Origin: Eledone cirrhosa
Lineage: Eukaryota
Direction of reading: 5' to 3'
Length of the DNA: 64,000 nt
Assembly (NCBI GenBank): GCA_964016885.1
Contig: OZ024766.1
Span: forward strand, 8,742,001-8,806,000
The position numbers and the translations under genes are program-made. The notes beneath the pieces were generated by a model. The model did no database searches and was not told where the DNA came from. It was given only the letters and a program-made list of their open reading frames with translations. Of this stretch, positions 1 to 13,289 are shown one piece after another. Position 1 is the first letter of the stretch, and each line of letters opens with the position of its first letter.

Positions 1-275
1 TGCTGGTCATTCACAGATTTGAATTTGCTGTGTAAACACAGATAGTTAGATCTTCTGCCTTGTTGAAAATCCGGATTTTGGCTACTGTGGTTTACTGATC
101 GATTGATGGTGAAATATATTTGTTTTAATGAAATATATACAAGGAGGATTAATCAATTTATAAGGTATCTATGTATCTATATTTAAAGTTCTAGTTAAAC
201 TTTAATTAGTTACCTACCTGGCTGTGTGTGCTTACACACTTTTACAAATTATTACCTGTGATTGTTTCATATGTT

Positions 276-318
<43 letters not shown>

Positions 319-320
<2 letters not shown>

Positions 321-486
321 AACAAGTAAGACCCCGACGGCTGAGCTCAAGCCGTTTCGACGGCTAATTCGAAACGGCTTGAGCTCAGCCGTCGAGGTCT
401 TACTTGTTCCTATTACCCACTCTACTACCCTAAGTATTGAGTACTTTGGTACGGTCCACTTGGTTCCTTACCACATTTCCTTCGTT
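319..486 (+). mobile_element. Family A fold-back element, non-autonomous Penelope-like (other copies 1807-1950, 6594-6807, 38321-38515, 43851-43968, 47098-47244, 49464-49599, 50765-50946)
   Basis: Shared body tcGAAACGGCttgagctc(a/t)GCCGTC ggggtc...taagtattgagtact...ggttccttaccaca with an inverted 5' arm; usually bounded by (TA)n. Confidence 0.75.
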
Positions 487-651
487 ATATATATATATAT
501 ATATATATATATTTGGATTTAATGCTCTGAAATAGCGATATATATGTGAAGACAAACATAGAATATTCGAAAATATTCTGTATGTTTATAATAAACATTT
601 TGAAGACCCAATCGCTATAGAATGGAGTACGTCACGTATTACAATTTGAGA

Positions 652-738
652 TTCTCGATAAAAGCAAGGGAAGTAACCTACGCGTTTCATTCTTATTAGA
701 AATCATCAGGATTACATATCCAATGCTTTTATCGAGAA
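652..738 (-). ncRNA. Inverted copy of the family B hammerhead
   Basis: Reverse complement of 903-989. Confidence 0.8.
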
Positions 739-902
739 CGACACAGCTAGAGACTTATTCGAATATTCTATGTTTGTCTTCACATATATATCGCTATTTC
801 AGAGCATTAAATCCAAATTCTAATTTCTGCCGGACCGGCTACCGCTCTTTCAAACCAGTTCCTGTACACAGCTAAGTATTCTATAAGTCTCTAGCTGTGT
901 CG

Positions 903-989
903 TTCTCGATAAAAGCATTGGATATGTAATCCTGATGATTTCTAATAAGAATGAAACGCGTAGGTTACTTCCCTTGCTTTTATCGAGAA
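903..989 (+). ncRNA. Minimal type I hammerhead ribozyme (family B)
   Basis: gtaatc CTGATGA t ttct-aata-agaa t GAAA C GC GT A ggttac. Palindromic stem III ACGCGT; extended stem I ttctcgataaaagca/tgcttttatcgagaa. Confidence 0.8.
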
Positions 990-1090
990 TCTCAAATTGT
1001 AATACGTGACGTATTCTATTCTATAGCGATTGGGTCTTCAAAATGTTTATTATAAACATACAGAATATTTTCGAATATTCTATGTTTGTC

Positions 1091-1125
<35 letters not shown>

Positions 1126-1349
1126 TATATATATATATATATATACGACCTCTATTATACCATAAACGTGGTTTTGTCTTCGCGTGTAATTGTTTTTCAC
1201 CGCTCCTATTAATGACGTATTATATTCGTTTTTTTTCCCGTTCTTTGCCAGGGAACGTTTCCACGAACCAAAGTATCGTCTTCCTGTCTTCCTCCGGCTG
1301 CAACGTTTTTTGAAATATTCACTTCTGCGTTTACAGATTGTCTTTGTTA

Positions 1350-1398
1350 GTTTCAGAAGATCCCGTTAAGGGTGAAAGCAGCGATTCTTTGCTTAAAC
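1350..1398 (+). ncRNA. Degenerate hammerhead (family G; core reads CAGAAGA)
   Basis: gttt CAGAAGA tccc-gttaa-ggg t GAAA gca...tgc TT aaac. All three stems pair; one core substitution. Confidence 0.5.
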
Positions 1399-1496
1399 TT
1401 TAATCTGTTATTTTAATAAATATATTATATATATATATATATATATGTCAATCAATTTCTAGTTGATATAAAAACATATATGTATGTGTTTATGTA

Positions 1497-1658
1497 CGCC
1501 ATGCTTTGACGTCATAGAGTTACGGCCCTTTCCAATCTGAGTTCGAATCCCGACAAGCTTAACTTTGCCTTTCATCCTACGGGAGTCGATAAAAAAGTAA
1601 GGTACCAGTAATACACTGGTAACTTTTGGCTGGCCTTGTGCCAAAAGTAGAAACAATT
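1497..1658 (+). mobile_element. tRNA-derived SINE, 5' truncated
   Basis: B-box-like gagttcgaatccc, body gcctttcatcc...gtcgataaa, tail ggccttgtgccaaaagtagaaacaatt. Confidence 0.8.
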
Positions 1659-1683
1659 ATGTATATATACACACATGTGTGTT

Positions 1684-1726
<43 letters not shown>

Positions 1727-1771
1727 ATAAAAAATTGAACAGGGACAGAACAGAGAGGCAGTACGACAAAT

Positions 1772-1809
<38 letters not shown>

Positions 1810-1973
1810 AAAAGTATGACCCCGACGGCAGAGCTCAAGCCGTTTCGACGGCTATTTCTGGAGTTTTTTTACTATTTCTCACTCTACTACCCTAAGTATT
1901 GAGTACTCTGGTGTGCTTGGTCCATCTGGTTCCTTACCACATTTCCTTCGTATATATATATATATATATATAG

Positions 1974-2017
<44 letters not shown>

Positions 2018-2290
2018 CTATCTATTCGTCCCCAGCTCAGTTCCCTTCTCTTATGCCCTGTCACATTACTTCTGCTACTGTGCCCTAAAACTGACCCCTA
2101 TTCCGACTCCCTTATCCTCTCTCACACAGACATATAAACTCACACACACACACACATATATATATATAAACAGATAGATCCTTGCACACATATATGTATC
2201 CGTACACACTTGTATATGTGTGTGTGTGTGTGTCTGTGTATATATATATGTATATATATGTATATATATGTGTGTGTCTGTGTATATATA

Positions 2291-2337
<47 letters not shown>

Positions 2338-2350
2338 CTGTGTATATATA

Positions 2351-2405
<55 letters not shown>

Positions 2406-2421
2406 TATATATATATATGTA

Positions 2422-2506
<85 letters not shown>

Positions 2507-3089
2507 CCATGTATATACACATATATACACATGTATATACACATATATCGGTAACATAAACAAGCAAACATCAAAATCTCGAAACAAACACAGTTTACGG
2601 TTCAACACTCACAGACACATACACACACTCTCACACATCGACTCACATATACACACACACACACTCTCACACATAGACTCACATATACTCACATATACAC
2701 ACTCTCACACATAGACTCACATATACACATACACACACTCTCACACATCGACTCACATATACACACACACACACACACAAACACTCTCACACACATACAC
2801 ACACACTAAAACACACACACACAAACCAGAAGGAGGTTTATTGAGTGAAAAACATGTGTAAGTCTTTTACAAGTAAACACAACGACACAAATATATCAAC
2901 ACAACATGGCGGCCCCGGGGGTGGGGGAGAGATAGAGTGGTGACGTGGGGGTGGAATGTCAACATGGCCGACAGAAGATTCCCCGTTGTGTGGGGTAGAG
3001 AGAGAGTTCGAGAGAGGGGCGGGGTAAAGTGACAATATGGCCGACAGAATATACCCCGGTGGGGAGGGGAGTAGAGAGAAAGATAGTGC

Positions 3090-6060
3090 TGGGGGGGGGG
3101 GGGTAGTATAGTTGACAGAAGATATCCCCGAGTGGGGGACTAGAGAGAGAGAGAGCGGGGTGTGATAATATACCTGACAGAAGATACCCCCGGAGGGGTG
3201 GACTAGAGAGAGAGAGCGGGGGGGGGATAGTATAGTTAACAGAAGATACCCCCGGGGGGTGGACTAGAGAGAGAGAGCGGGGGCGGGGTGGGTGATAGTA
3301 TAGTTAACAGAAGATACCCCCGGGGGTGGACTAGAGAGAGAGAGCGGGGGGGGGGGGTAGTATAGTTAACGGAAGATACCCCCGGGGGGTGGAGTAGAGA
3401 GAGAGAGCGGGGGGGATAGTATAGTTAACAGAAGATACCCCCGGGGGGTGGGCTAGAGAGAGAGAGCGGGGAGGGATAGTATAGTTAACAGAAGATACCC
3501 CCGGGGGGTGGGCTAGAGAGAGAGAGCGGGGGGGATAGTATAGTTAACAGAAGATACCCCCGGGGGGTGGACTAGAGAGAGAGAGCGGGGGGGATAGTAT
3601 AGTTAACAGAAGATACCCCCGGGGGGTTGGCTAGAGAGAGAGAGAGCGGGGGCGGGGTGGGTGATAGTATAGTTAACAGAAGATACCCCCGGGGGGGTGG
3701 ACTAGAGAGAGAGAGCGGGGTGGGTGATAGTATAGTTAACAGAAGATACCCCCGGGGGGTTGGCTAGAGAGAGAGAGAGCGGGGGCGGGGTGGGTGATAG
3801 TATAGTTAACAGAAGATACCCCGGGGGGTGGACTAGAGAGAGAGAGAGCGGGGGGGATAGTATAGTTAACAGAAGATACCCCCGGGGGATGGGCTAGAGA
3901 GAGAGAGCGGGGGGGTGATAGTATAGTTAACAGAAGATACCCCCGGGGGGTGGGCTAGAGAGAGAGAGTGGGGGGGAGATAGTATAGTTAACAGAAGATA
4001 CCCCCGGGGGGTGGGCTCGAGAGAGAGAGCGGGGGGGATAGTATAGTTAACAGAAGATACCCCGGGGGGTGGGCTAGAGAGAGAGCGGGGGGGGGGGATA
4101 GTATAGTTAACAGAAGATACCCCCGGGGGGTGGACTAGAGAGAGAGAGCGGGGGGGGGGTGATAGTATAGTTAACAGAAGATACCCCCGGGGGGTGGACT
4201 AGAGAGAGAGAGCGGGGGGGGATAGTATAGTTAACAGAAGATACCCCCGGGGGTGGGCTAGAGAGAGAGAGCGGGGTGGGTGATAGTATAGTTAACAGGA
4301 GATACCCCCGGGGAGTGGACTAGAGAGAGAGAGCGGGGGGATAGTATAGTTAACAGAAGATACCCCGGGGGTGGACTAGAGAGAGAGAGAGCGGGGGGGG
4401 ATAGTATAGTTAACAGAAGAAACCCCCGGGGGGTGGGCTAGAGAGAGAGAGCGGGGGGGATAGTATAGTTAACAGAAGATACCCCCGGGGGGGTGGACTA
4501 GAGAGAGAGAGCGGGGGGGATAGTATAGTTAACAGAAGATACCCCCGGGGGGTGGACTAGAGAGAGAGAGCGGGGGGGGGGGGATAGTATAGTTAACAGA
4601 AGATACCCCCGGGGGGTGGGCTAGAGAGAGAGAGCGGGGGGGGATAGTATAGTTAACAGAAGATACCCCCGGGGAGTGGACTAGAGAGAGAGAGCGGGGG
4701 GATAGTATAGTTAACAGAAGATACCCCCGGGGGTGGGCTAGAGAGAGAGAGCGGGGGGGATAGTATAGTTAACAGAAGATACCCCCGGGGGGTGGGCTAG
4801 AGAGAGAGAGCGGGGGGGATAGTATAGTTAACAGAAGATACCCCCGGGGGGTGGGCTAGAGAGAGAGAGCGGGGGGGATAGTATAGTTAACAGAAGATAC
4901 CCCCGGGGGGTGGACTAGAGAGAGAGAGCGGGGGGGTGATAGTATAGTTAACAGAAGATACCCCCGGGGGGTTGGCTAGAGAGAGAGAGAGCGGGGGCGG
5001 GGTGGGTGATAGTATAGTTAACAGAAGATACCCCCGGGGGTGGACTAGAGAGAGAGAGCGGGGTGGGTGATAGTATAGTTAACAGAAGATACCCCCGGGG
5101 GGTTGGCTAGAGAGAGAGAGCGGGGGCGGGGTGGGTGATAGTATAGTTAACAGAAGATACCCCCGGGGGTGGGCTAGAGAGAGAGAGCGGGGGGTGATAG
5201 TATAGTTAACAGAAGATACCCCCGGGGGGTGGGCTAGAGAGAGAGAGCGGGGGTGGGTGATAGTATAGTTAACAGAAGATACCCCCGGGGCGTGGGCTAG
5301 AGAGAGAGAGCGGGGGGGATAGTATAGTTAACAGAAGATACCCCCGGGAGAGGTGGACTAGAGAGAGAGAGCGGGGGGATAGTATAGTTAACAGAAGATA
5401 CCCCCGGGGGGGGGGGTTAGAGAGAGAGAGCGGGGGGGTGATAGTATAGTTAACAGAAGATACCCCCGGGGGTGGGCTAGAGAGAGAGTGGGGGGTGATA
5501 GTATAGTTAACAGAAGATACCCCCGGGGGGTGGGCTAGAGAGAGAGAGCGGGGGGGTGATAGTATAGTTAACAGAAGATACCCCCGGGGGGTGGGCTAGA
5601 GAGAGAGAGCGGGGGGGTGATAGTATAGTTAACAGAAGATACCCCCGGGGGTGGGCTAGAGAGAGAGTGGGGGGGTGATAGTATAGTTAACAGAAGATAC
5701 CCCCGGGGGGTGGGCTAGAGAGAGAGAGCGGGGGGGTGATAGTATAGTTAACAGAAGATACCCCCGGGGGGTGGGCTAGAGAGAGAGAGCGGGGGGGTGA
5801 TAGTATAGTTAACAGAAGATACCCCCGGGGGGTGGACTAGAGAGAGAGAGCGGGGGGGGGATAGTATAGTTAACAGAAGATACCCCCGGGGGGTGGGCTA
5901 GAGAGAGAGCGGGGGGGGTGATAGTATAGTTAACAGAAGATACCCCCGGGGGGTTAGAGAGAGAGAGCGGGGGTGATAATATAGCTGACAGAAGATACCC
6001 CGGGGGGGGTAGAGAGAGAGCGGGGGGGGGGGTGATAATATAGTTGACTGAAGATACCTC
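3090..6060. repeat. ~60-bp G-rich minisatellite, about 50 copies
   Basis: Unit gatagtatagttaacagaagatacccccggggggtgg(a/g)ctagagagagagagcgggggg. Confidence 0.95.
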
Positions 6061-6234
6061 GGGGGTGGAGTAGAGAGAGCAGGGGAGGGAGTGAGATAGA
6101 GAGACGGAGGGTAGAGTGACAATATGGTCGACAGAAAATACCCCCGGGGTGGGGTAGAGAGAGCAAGGGATGGAGAGAGAGGGAGAGAGAGAGAGAGAGA
6201 ATGCACGGGCTGTGACAGGATATCCTCTGAGGTG

Positions 6235-6288
<54 letters not shown>

Positions 6289-7340
6289 GAAGAGGGAGAG
6301 AGAAGGTGGAGTTATAATATATCCGACGGAAAATACCCCTGGGTGTGGGGTGAAGAGAGCAGAGGCAGAGAGGGAGACAGAGCGGGTGGAGTGCCAATAT
6401 GGCCGCCATAGATAACCCGGGAGGTGTGAGGGAGAAAGAGAAAGAGAGCGTGTGGCTGTGACAACATGGCCGACAGAGGATATCCCCCTCCCTCCGGGGG
6501 CGGGCGGGGGGGGATAGAGAAAGACAGGAAGAGCGTATATATAGCCTATAAATAAACGAACAACAGTAAATGTTTACATTTGAATATATATATAACGAAG
6601 GAGTTGTGGTAAGGAACCAGATGGACCATAACGCACCAGAGTACTCAATACTGTGGGTAGTAGGACTCCGACGACTGAGCTCAAACCGTTTCGACGGCTA
6701 ATTCTGGACTAAATGAAAATGATATACCAGGATAAAAATGTTCATTTAGTCCAGAATTAGCCGTCGAAACGGCTTGAGCTCAGCCGTCGGGGTCCTACTC
6801 GTTCCTACATATATATATATATATATATAAATGAGAGGTATAGAGATTGTTTTAGCAAGAAGCTAACGGCATTCTATAACATATATGCGACTATAACGTC
6901 AAGATGGGAAAAGTAGTTAACGAAAGATTTAGGAAAAATAACTCAAACTCATCTCAAAAGAGAATCAGGATATAAATTCCTCCACAGAATTTAGTGAAAT
7001 CCGGGGAAAAATCTATAGACCTTTAACTCATGATAAAATAAAGTTTGAAACACTTATCCTTCAATTTGGAATAACATCAAATGCTCTGTATAGTCTTAAA
7101 AGACTATTTCATGAAAACTTTCAGTGGAGATGGTCACGGTTGGATTTCATTCATCAGCAGAGCTCAACAGAAAACCAGGGCTCTCACAGTAATATAATCC
7201 GAAAAAGGGAATTCTAAAACTGGCTAGTTCGCCTTCATGTGTAATTATGAAAAAGTACAATGAGGAAAAAACGGGGCTTGTGACGTCAGGATGGAAGTGA
7301 ATGTTTATTTACAAGAAATATATATATATATATATATATA

Positions 7341-7997
<657 letters not shown>

Positions 7998-8149
7998 AAC
8001 GAAAAATCAGTGATGCATCTGAACTCAATTTATTGTGTGTTACAATTGTTTCGTCGGCGGACGGCTCGAGACGCGATCATTGTGTAGATCTTGTCTGACT
8101 CTGGACCCGCAGGTTCGACGGACACATCTAATGATTTCGGACCATATTC

Positions 8150-8573
8150 TCTCACCCTCCTCACCAAGTTTACTTGGTGAGGAGGGTGATTTTGGACACC
8201 CTGCAGAACAAAAAACAAAACCTGACAAAGGGCAAAAGAACTCATAAGAGGCAACAGCCATCCCCCACCCCCACCCACCCCCACCAGGACCCCTACTCTT
8301 TGTCAGGGCTTTCTTCTAGGAGAAGGCAACTCAGAAAACTGGGATAACTCCGATATAAAACCTACGGCTCAGTAGTTACCGATGATGTTGATCTTTTCTT
8401 CTTTTTGGGTTATAGCTACTGTCTCTCAGAGAGTGGGATTGGCTCAGTGCACAGTCTTTCCTCACTTTAAAAAATATCTTCACGCACAGGCATTGCACGA
8501 TGGCAATAGTTAATAATTATAATTATTGATAATGGTATATCGTGCAATGGCCATACTCGATAACGAGGGGGCA

Positions 8574-8580
<7 letters not shown>
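8150..8580 (+). mobile_element. Interspersed repeat resembling an RTE 5' UTR (second copy 29430-30030 on -)
   Basis: Shared ttggtgaggagggtga...ctaggagaagg(c/a)aactc...gatgttga blocks. Confidence 0.5.
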
Positions 8581-8637
<57 letters not shown>

Positions 8638-8674
8638 AATAAATAATAAATAAATTATGCAATTATCCAAGTTC

Positions 8675-8737
8675 CAATTAATAGCTGACAATCGTTTCTT
8701 CCAAACTCTCGTTTGGAATCATCGGAGCATTATCAAT
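8675..8737 (-). ncRNA. Hammerhead-like motif with CCGATGA core (family H-like)
   Basis: Minus strand: aatgct CCGATGA ttccaaac-gaga-gtttggaa GAAAC gatt GTC agctatt. Confidence 0.6.
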
Positions 8738-9129
8738 CTTTGCACATATAATGAACGTCCTATTCAACTGAACAATAATATAGATACATACAAATTGATG
8801 TTGTGAGCAACAGTTTCGTATTTACAGGGTGGAATGGATGTGACATATATTTTACGAGAATTGTACAATAATTGTACAAACATTCAAGTTCAAATTCAAA
8901 TTCAAATTGAATCAAAATCAAAAGCACGGAGTGGAGTACATGCGTCAGATAAAACAAGAGAATAGTCCAATCATTAAAGAGGCATTGAGAAAGTAGTTTT
9001 GAGAAAGGAAAGGTGCATATGCAATTCAGATGTGTGGAGAGTGCAACTGCATTAGTCATATACATGAGAAGGAGACAAGCAAAGCTATTATGCATATATA
9101 GATGAATAAATACTGCACTTTAAGCAAAT

Positions 9130-9320
9130 ATTGCACTCAGTGCTCCTTTGGGAGCCCCTACATGGACACACTAGAAGAGGAACACCAAGGTTAACGTATG
9201 TTGATGCCCTAAGGACAGACACTGGTCTGTTGGAGACGCAGGACATGTCAGCGATAATGAGGGACAGAGACCGCTGGAGAGAACTCGTCCCTGGATCTCA
9301 GGAATTTTACCCGCCTTAGA
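9130..9320 (+). mobile_element. RTE-clade LINE 3' fragment
   Basis: VLLWEPLHGHTRRGTPRLTYVDALRTDTG...MRDRDRWRELV. Confidence 0.75.
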
Positions 9321-9448
9321 TATAGATATATGTGTGTGGGGGGTGGAAGAGGGCGACAGATAATGTAGGGTGGCTGGGGTTCTTCCAAATCTGCCCACCA
9401 CAAAAAAAAGAAAGAGACTAACACGTGATAGGATTTCTAGTGAATCGT

Positions 9449-9454
9449 TTTATT
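9449..9454 (-). terminator. Candidate polyadenylation signal AATAAA
   Basis: tttatt on the + strand, about 130 nt downstream of the exon 5 stop codon. Confidence 0.5.
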
Positions 9455-9585
9455 GACTGGTCAGAGGTGGTGGGCACTATGGCAACTATGGACCTCTACA
9501 ACTACAACAACAACAACTACTACTAGTACTACTACTACTACTACAATTACCACAACAACAACAACAGTTTTGGTCAAGTGATTTG

Positions 9586-9638
9586 TTATTCTGGTCCGAG
9601 ACGTATGTATATGGCCATAGAATCAGCTACAGCAGGAT
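9586..9638 (-). CDS. Terminal coding exon 5 of the same gene
   Basis: ttattttcag acceptor; encodes (D)PAVADSMAIYIRLGPE followed by TAA. A minus-strand AATAAA lies near 9449-9454. Confidence 0.87.
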
Positions 9639-9702
9639 CTGAAAATAACAACAACAGCAGCAGTAACAACAACAATAGTAACAACAACAACAGGTAGACA
9701 AA

Positions 9703-10767
9703 CATTGTAGAGCTAGCCTAGGGTGTTAAATACCCAGGTACACATTGTAGAGCTAGTCTAGGGTGTTAAATACCCAGGTACATATTGTAGAGCTAGTGTA
9801 GTGTGTTAAATACCCAGGTACACATTGTAGAGCTAGTGTAGTGTGTTAAATACCCAGGTACATATTGTAGAGCTAACCAAGGGTGTTAAATACCCAGGTA
9901 TACATTGTAGAGGTAGCCTAGGATGTTAAATACCCAGGTATACATTGTAGAGCTAGTCTAGGGTGTTAAATACCCAGGTATACATTGTAGAGGTAGCCTA
10001 GGGTGTTAAATACCCAGTACACATTGTAGAGCTAGTCTAGGGTGTTAAATACCCAGGTATACATTGTAGAGGTAGCCTAGGGTGTTAAATACCCAGGTAT
10101 ACATTGTAGAGCTAGTCTAGGGTGTTAAATACCCAGGTACATATTGTAGAGCTAGCCTAGGGTGTTAAATACCCAGGTACACATTGTAGAGCTAACCTAG
10201 GGTGTTAAATACCCAGGTACACATTGTAGAGCTAGCCTAGGGTGTTAAATACCCAGGTACACATTGTAGAGCTAGTCTAGAGTGTTAGATACCCAGGTAC
10301 ACATTGTAGAGCTAGCCTAGGGTGTTAAATACCCAGGTACACATTGTAGAGCTCGTGTAGGGAGGTAAATATCCAGGTACACATTGTAGAGCTAGTCTAG
10401 AGTGTTAGATACCCAGGTACACCTTGTAGAGCTAGCTTAGGGTGTTAAATACCCAGGTACACATTGTAGAGCTAGTGTAGGGAGGTAAATACCCCAGTAC
10501 ACATTGTAGAGCTAGCCTAGGGTGTTAAATACCTTGGTACACATTGTAGAGCTAGTGTAGTGTGTAAATACCCAGGTACACATTGTAGAGCTAGCCTAGG
10601 GTGTTAAATACCCTGGTACACATTGTAGAGCTAGCCTAGGGTGTTAAATACCCAGGTACACATTGTAGAGCTAGTCTAGGGTGTTAAATATCCAGGTACA
10701 CATTGTAGAGCTAAACTAGGGTGTTAAATACCCAGGTACATATTGTAGAGCTAACCTAGGGAGCTAG
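9703..10767. repeat. 40-bp minisatellite in intron 4
   Basis: Unit cattgtagagctagcctagggtgttaaatacccaggtaca. Confidence 0.95.
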
Positions 10768-10812
10768 AAGAAGAAGAAAAACGATATATTTAAATATAAT
10801 ATACATACTTAC

Positions 10813-11000
10813 CGTCAGTCCATTGAACTTTGGTGGATAAATTCGAGTATAGGATGGTTGGATAAAATGAAGATTTCTCATACGAACACACAAATAATCT
10901 TTCACTAATAATTAACCAGCCGGCATCAGGCCAGCAATCACAGTCATGATTTCTTCTGCAGTGTTTATATCTATTGTTCACATAAAATCGACGGCTATTT
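10813..11000 (-). CDS. Coding exon 4 of the same gene
   Basis: ttcctatttacag acceptor, GTAAGT donor, 188 nt (phase 2 to 1). Encodes NSRRFYVNNRYKHCRRNHDCDCWPDAGWLIISERLFVCSYEKSSFYPTILYSNLSTKVQWTD. Confidence 0.9.
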
Positions 11001-11016
11001 CTGTAAATAGGAAAAT

Positions 11017-11540
11017 AATAGTTTCAGATTTAGGTACAAGGCCAACAATTTAGAAAGAAGGGGAAAGTCAATTAAATCAACCTCAGTGTATTACTGGTAC
11101 TTTATTTTATCGACCCCTGTCAGGATGAAAGGTAAAGCTATTACTAATAATTGTTTCTACTTTAGGCACAAGGCCAGCAATTACCCCAGTGTATTACTGG
11201 TACTTTATTTTATCGACCCCTGTCAGGATGAAAGGTAAAGCTATTACTAATAATTGTTTCTACTTTAGGCACAAGGCCAGCAATTACCCCAGTGTATTAC
11301 TGGTACTTTATTTTATCGACCCCTGTCAGGATGAAAGGTAAAGCTATTACTAATAATTGTTTCTACTTTAGGCACAAGGCCAGCAATTACCCCAGTACAT
11401 TACTGGTACTTTATTTTATCGACCCCGTAAGGATGAAAGGCAAAGTCAACCTCGGCGGGATTTGAACTCACGCCGTAAAGGGACGTAACTCTATGCTGGA
11501 AAGCATGGCGTCCGACCCTCTACCGATACTGTCAATCCAA
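11017..11540 (-). mobile_element. tRNA-derived SINE with a tandemly repeated 103-bp 3' segment
   Basis: ctattactaataattgtttctac recurs at 11138, 11241 and 11344; full head at about 11440-11540. Confidence 0.8.
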
Positions 11541-11569
11541 TAATGATTTCTACTATAGGCACAGCCTAC

Positions 11570-13077
11570 ATATTGTAGAGCTAGTCTAGGGTGTTAAATA
11601 CCCAGGTACATATTGTAGAGCTAGTCTAGGGTGTTAAATACCCAGGTACACATTGTAGAGCTAGCCTAGGGTGTTAAATACCCAGATACACATTTTAGAG
11701 CTAGCCTAGAGTGTTAAATACCCCAGTACATATTGTAGAGCTAGCCTAGGGTGTTAAATAACCAGGTACACATTTTAGAGCTAGCCTAGAGTGTTAAATA
11801 CCCAGGTACATATTGTAGAGCTAACCTAGGGTGTTAAACACCCCAGTACATATTGTAGAGCTAGCCTAGGGTGTTAAATACCCAGGTACATATTGTAGAG
11901 CTAGCCTAGGGTGTAAATACCCAGGTACATAATGTAGAGCTAGCCTAGGGTGCTGAATACCCCAGTACACATTGTAGAGCTAGCCTAGGGTGTTAAATAC
12001 CCAGGTACATATTGTAGAGCTAGCCTAGGGTGTTAAATACCCAGGTACACATTTTAGAGCTAGCCTAGGCTGTTAAATACCCAGGTACATATTGTAGAGC
12101 TAGTCTAGGGTGTTAAATACCCCAGTACATATTGTAGAACTAGCCTAGGGTGTTAAATACCCAGGTACACATTGTAGAGCTAGTCTAGGGTGTTAAATAC
12201 CCAGGTATACTTTGTAGAGCTAGCCTAAGGTGTTAAATACCCCAGTACACATTGTAGAGCTAGCCTAGGGTGTTAAATACCCAGGTACATATTGTAGAGC
12301 TAGCCTAGGGTGTTAAATACCCAGGTACACATTTTAGAGCTAGCCTAGGGTGTTAAATACCCAGGTACATATTGTAGAGCTAGTCTAGGGTGTTAAATAC
12401 CCCAGTACATATTGTAGAACTAGCCTAGGGTGTTAAATACCCAGGTACACATTGTAGAGCTAGCCTAGGGTGTTAAATACCCAGGTACATATTGTAGAGC
12501 TAGTCTAGGGTGTTAAATACCCCAGTACACATTGTAGAGCTAGCCTAGGGTGTTAAATACCCAGGTACACATTGTTGAGCTAGCCTAGGGTGTTAAATAC
12601 CCAGGTACACATTGTAGAGCTAGCCTGGGGTGTTAAATACCCAGATACACATTGTAGAGCTAGTCTAGGGTGTTAAATACCCAGGTATACATTGTAGAGC
12701 TAGCCTAGGGTGTTAAATACCCCAGTACACATTGTAGAGCTAGCCTAGGGTGTTAAATACCCAGTTACATATTGTAGAGCTAGCCTAGGGTGTTAAATAC
12801 CCAGGTACACATTGTAGAGCTAGCCTAGGGTGTTAAATACCCAGGTACACATTGTAGAGCTAGCCTGGGGTGTTAAATATCCAGGTACACATTGTAGAGC
12901 TAACCTAGGGTGTTAAATACCCAGGTACACATTGTTGAGCTAGCCTGGGGTGTTAAATACCCAGGTACACATTGTAGAGCTAGCCTAGGGTGTTAAATAC
13001 CCAGGTACACATTGTAGAGCTAGTCTAGAGTGCTAAATACGTAGGTACACATTGTAGAGCTAGCCTAGAGTAGCTAA
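11570..13077. repeat. Same 40-bp minisatellite in intron 3
   Basis: Same unit, about 37 copies. Confidence 0.95.
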
Positions 13078-13111
13078 AAAAAGAAATAGAAGGCAAAGAA
13101 GAAGAACTTAC

Positions 13112-13269
13112 CCAATTCCTCTCATTGAGAAATAGTTGAAAGGTCCAAATGTTTTCCACGGGCTACTCCTTACATTGACTTCACTAAACCAGTTCTCTCT
13201 GGAGGTGTTCCTGCCGTTAAATATCATTCTGACAACAGCTGATTGGTTCGTGGAAATAACCAGTTTTAC
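13112..13269 (-). CDS. Coding exon 3 of the same gene
   Basis: ttctccttcag acceptor, GTAAGT donor, 158 nt (phase 0 to 2). Encodes VKLVISTNQSAVVRMIFNGRNTSRENWFSEVNVRSSPWKTFGPFNYFSMRGI(G). Not in the ORF track. Confidence 0.9.
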
Positions 13270-13289
13270 CTGAAGGAGAATAAGTTATA

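Larger units (their letters stand above)
512..1094. mobile_element. Family B hammerhead element: inverted plus partial tandem copies of a 312-bp unit
   Basis: ttcgaatattctatgtttgtcttca at 758 and 1070. 512-757 is the reverse complement of a permuted part of the unit. (TA)n on both sides. Confidence 0.75.

Noticed and set aside
218-255. Possible minus-strand micro-exon (cag...CAG/gtaggt)
   Set aside because: Weak acceptor, no recognisable peptide, and no partner exons in the window.
1255-1285. VSTNQSIV similarity to exon 3 (ISTNQSAV), suggesting a paralogous exon
   Set aside because: Short match only, none of the downstream FNG/NWFS motifs, and it lies in a family G repeat.
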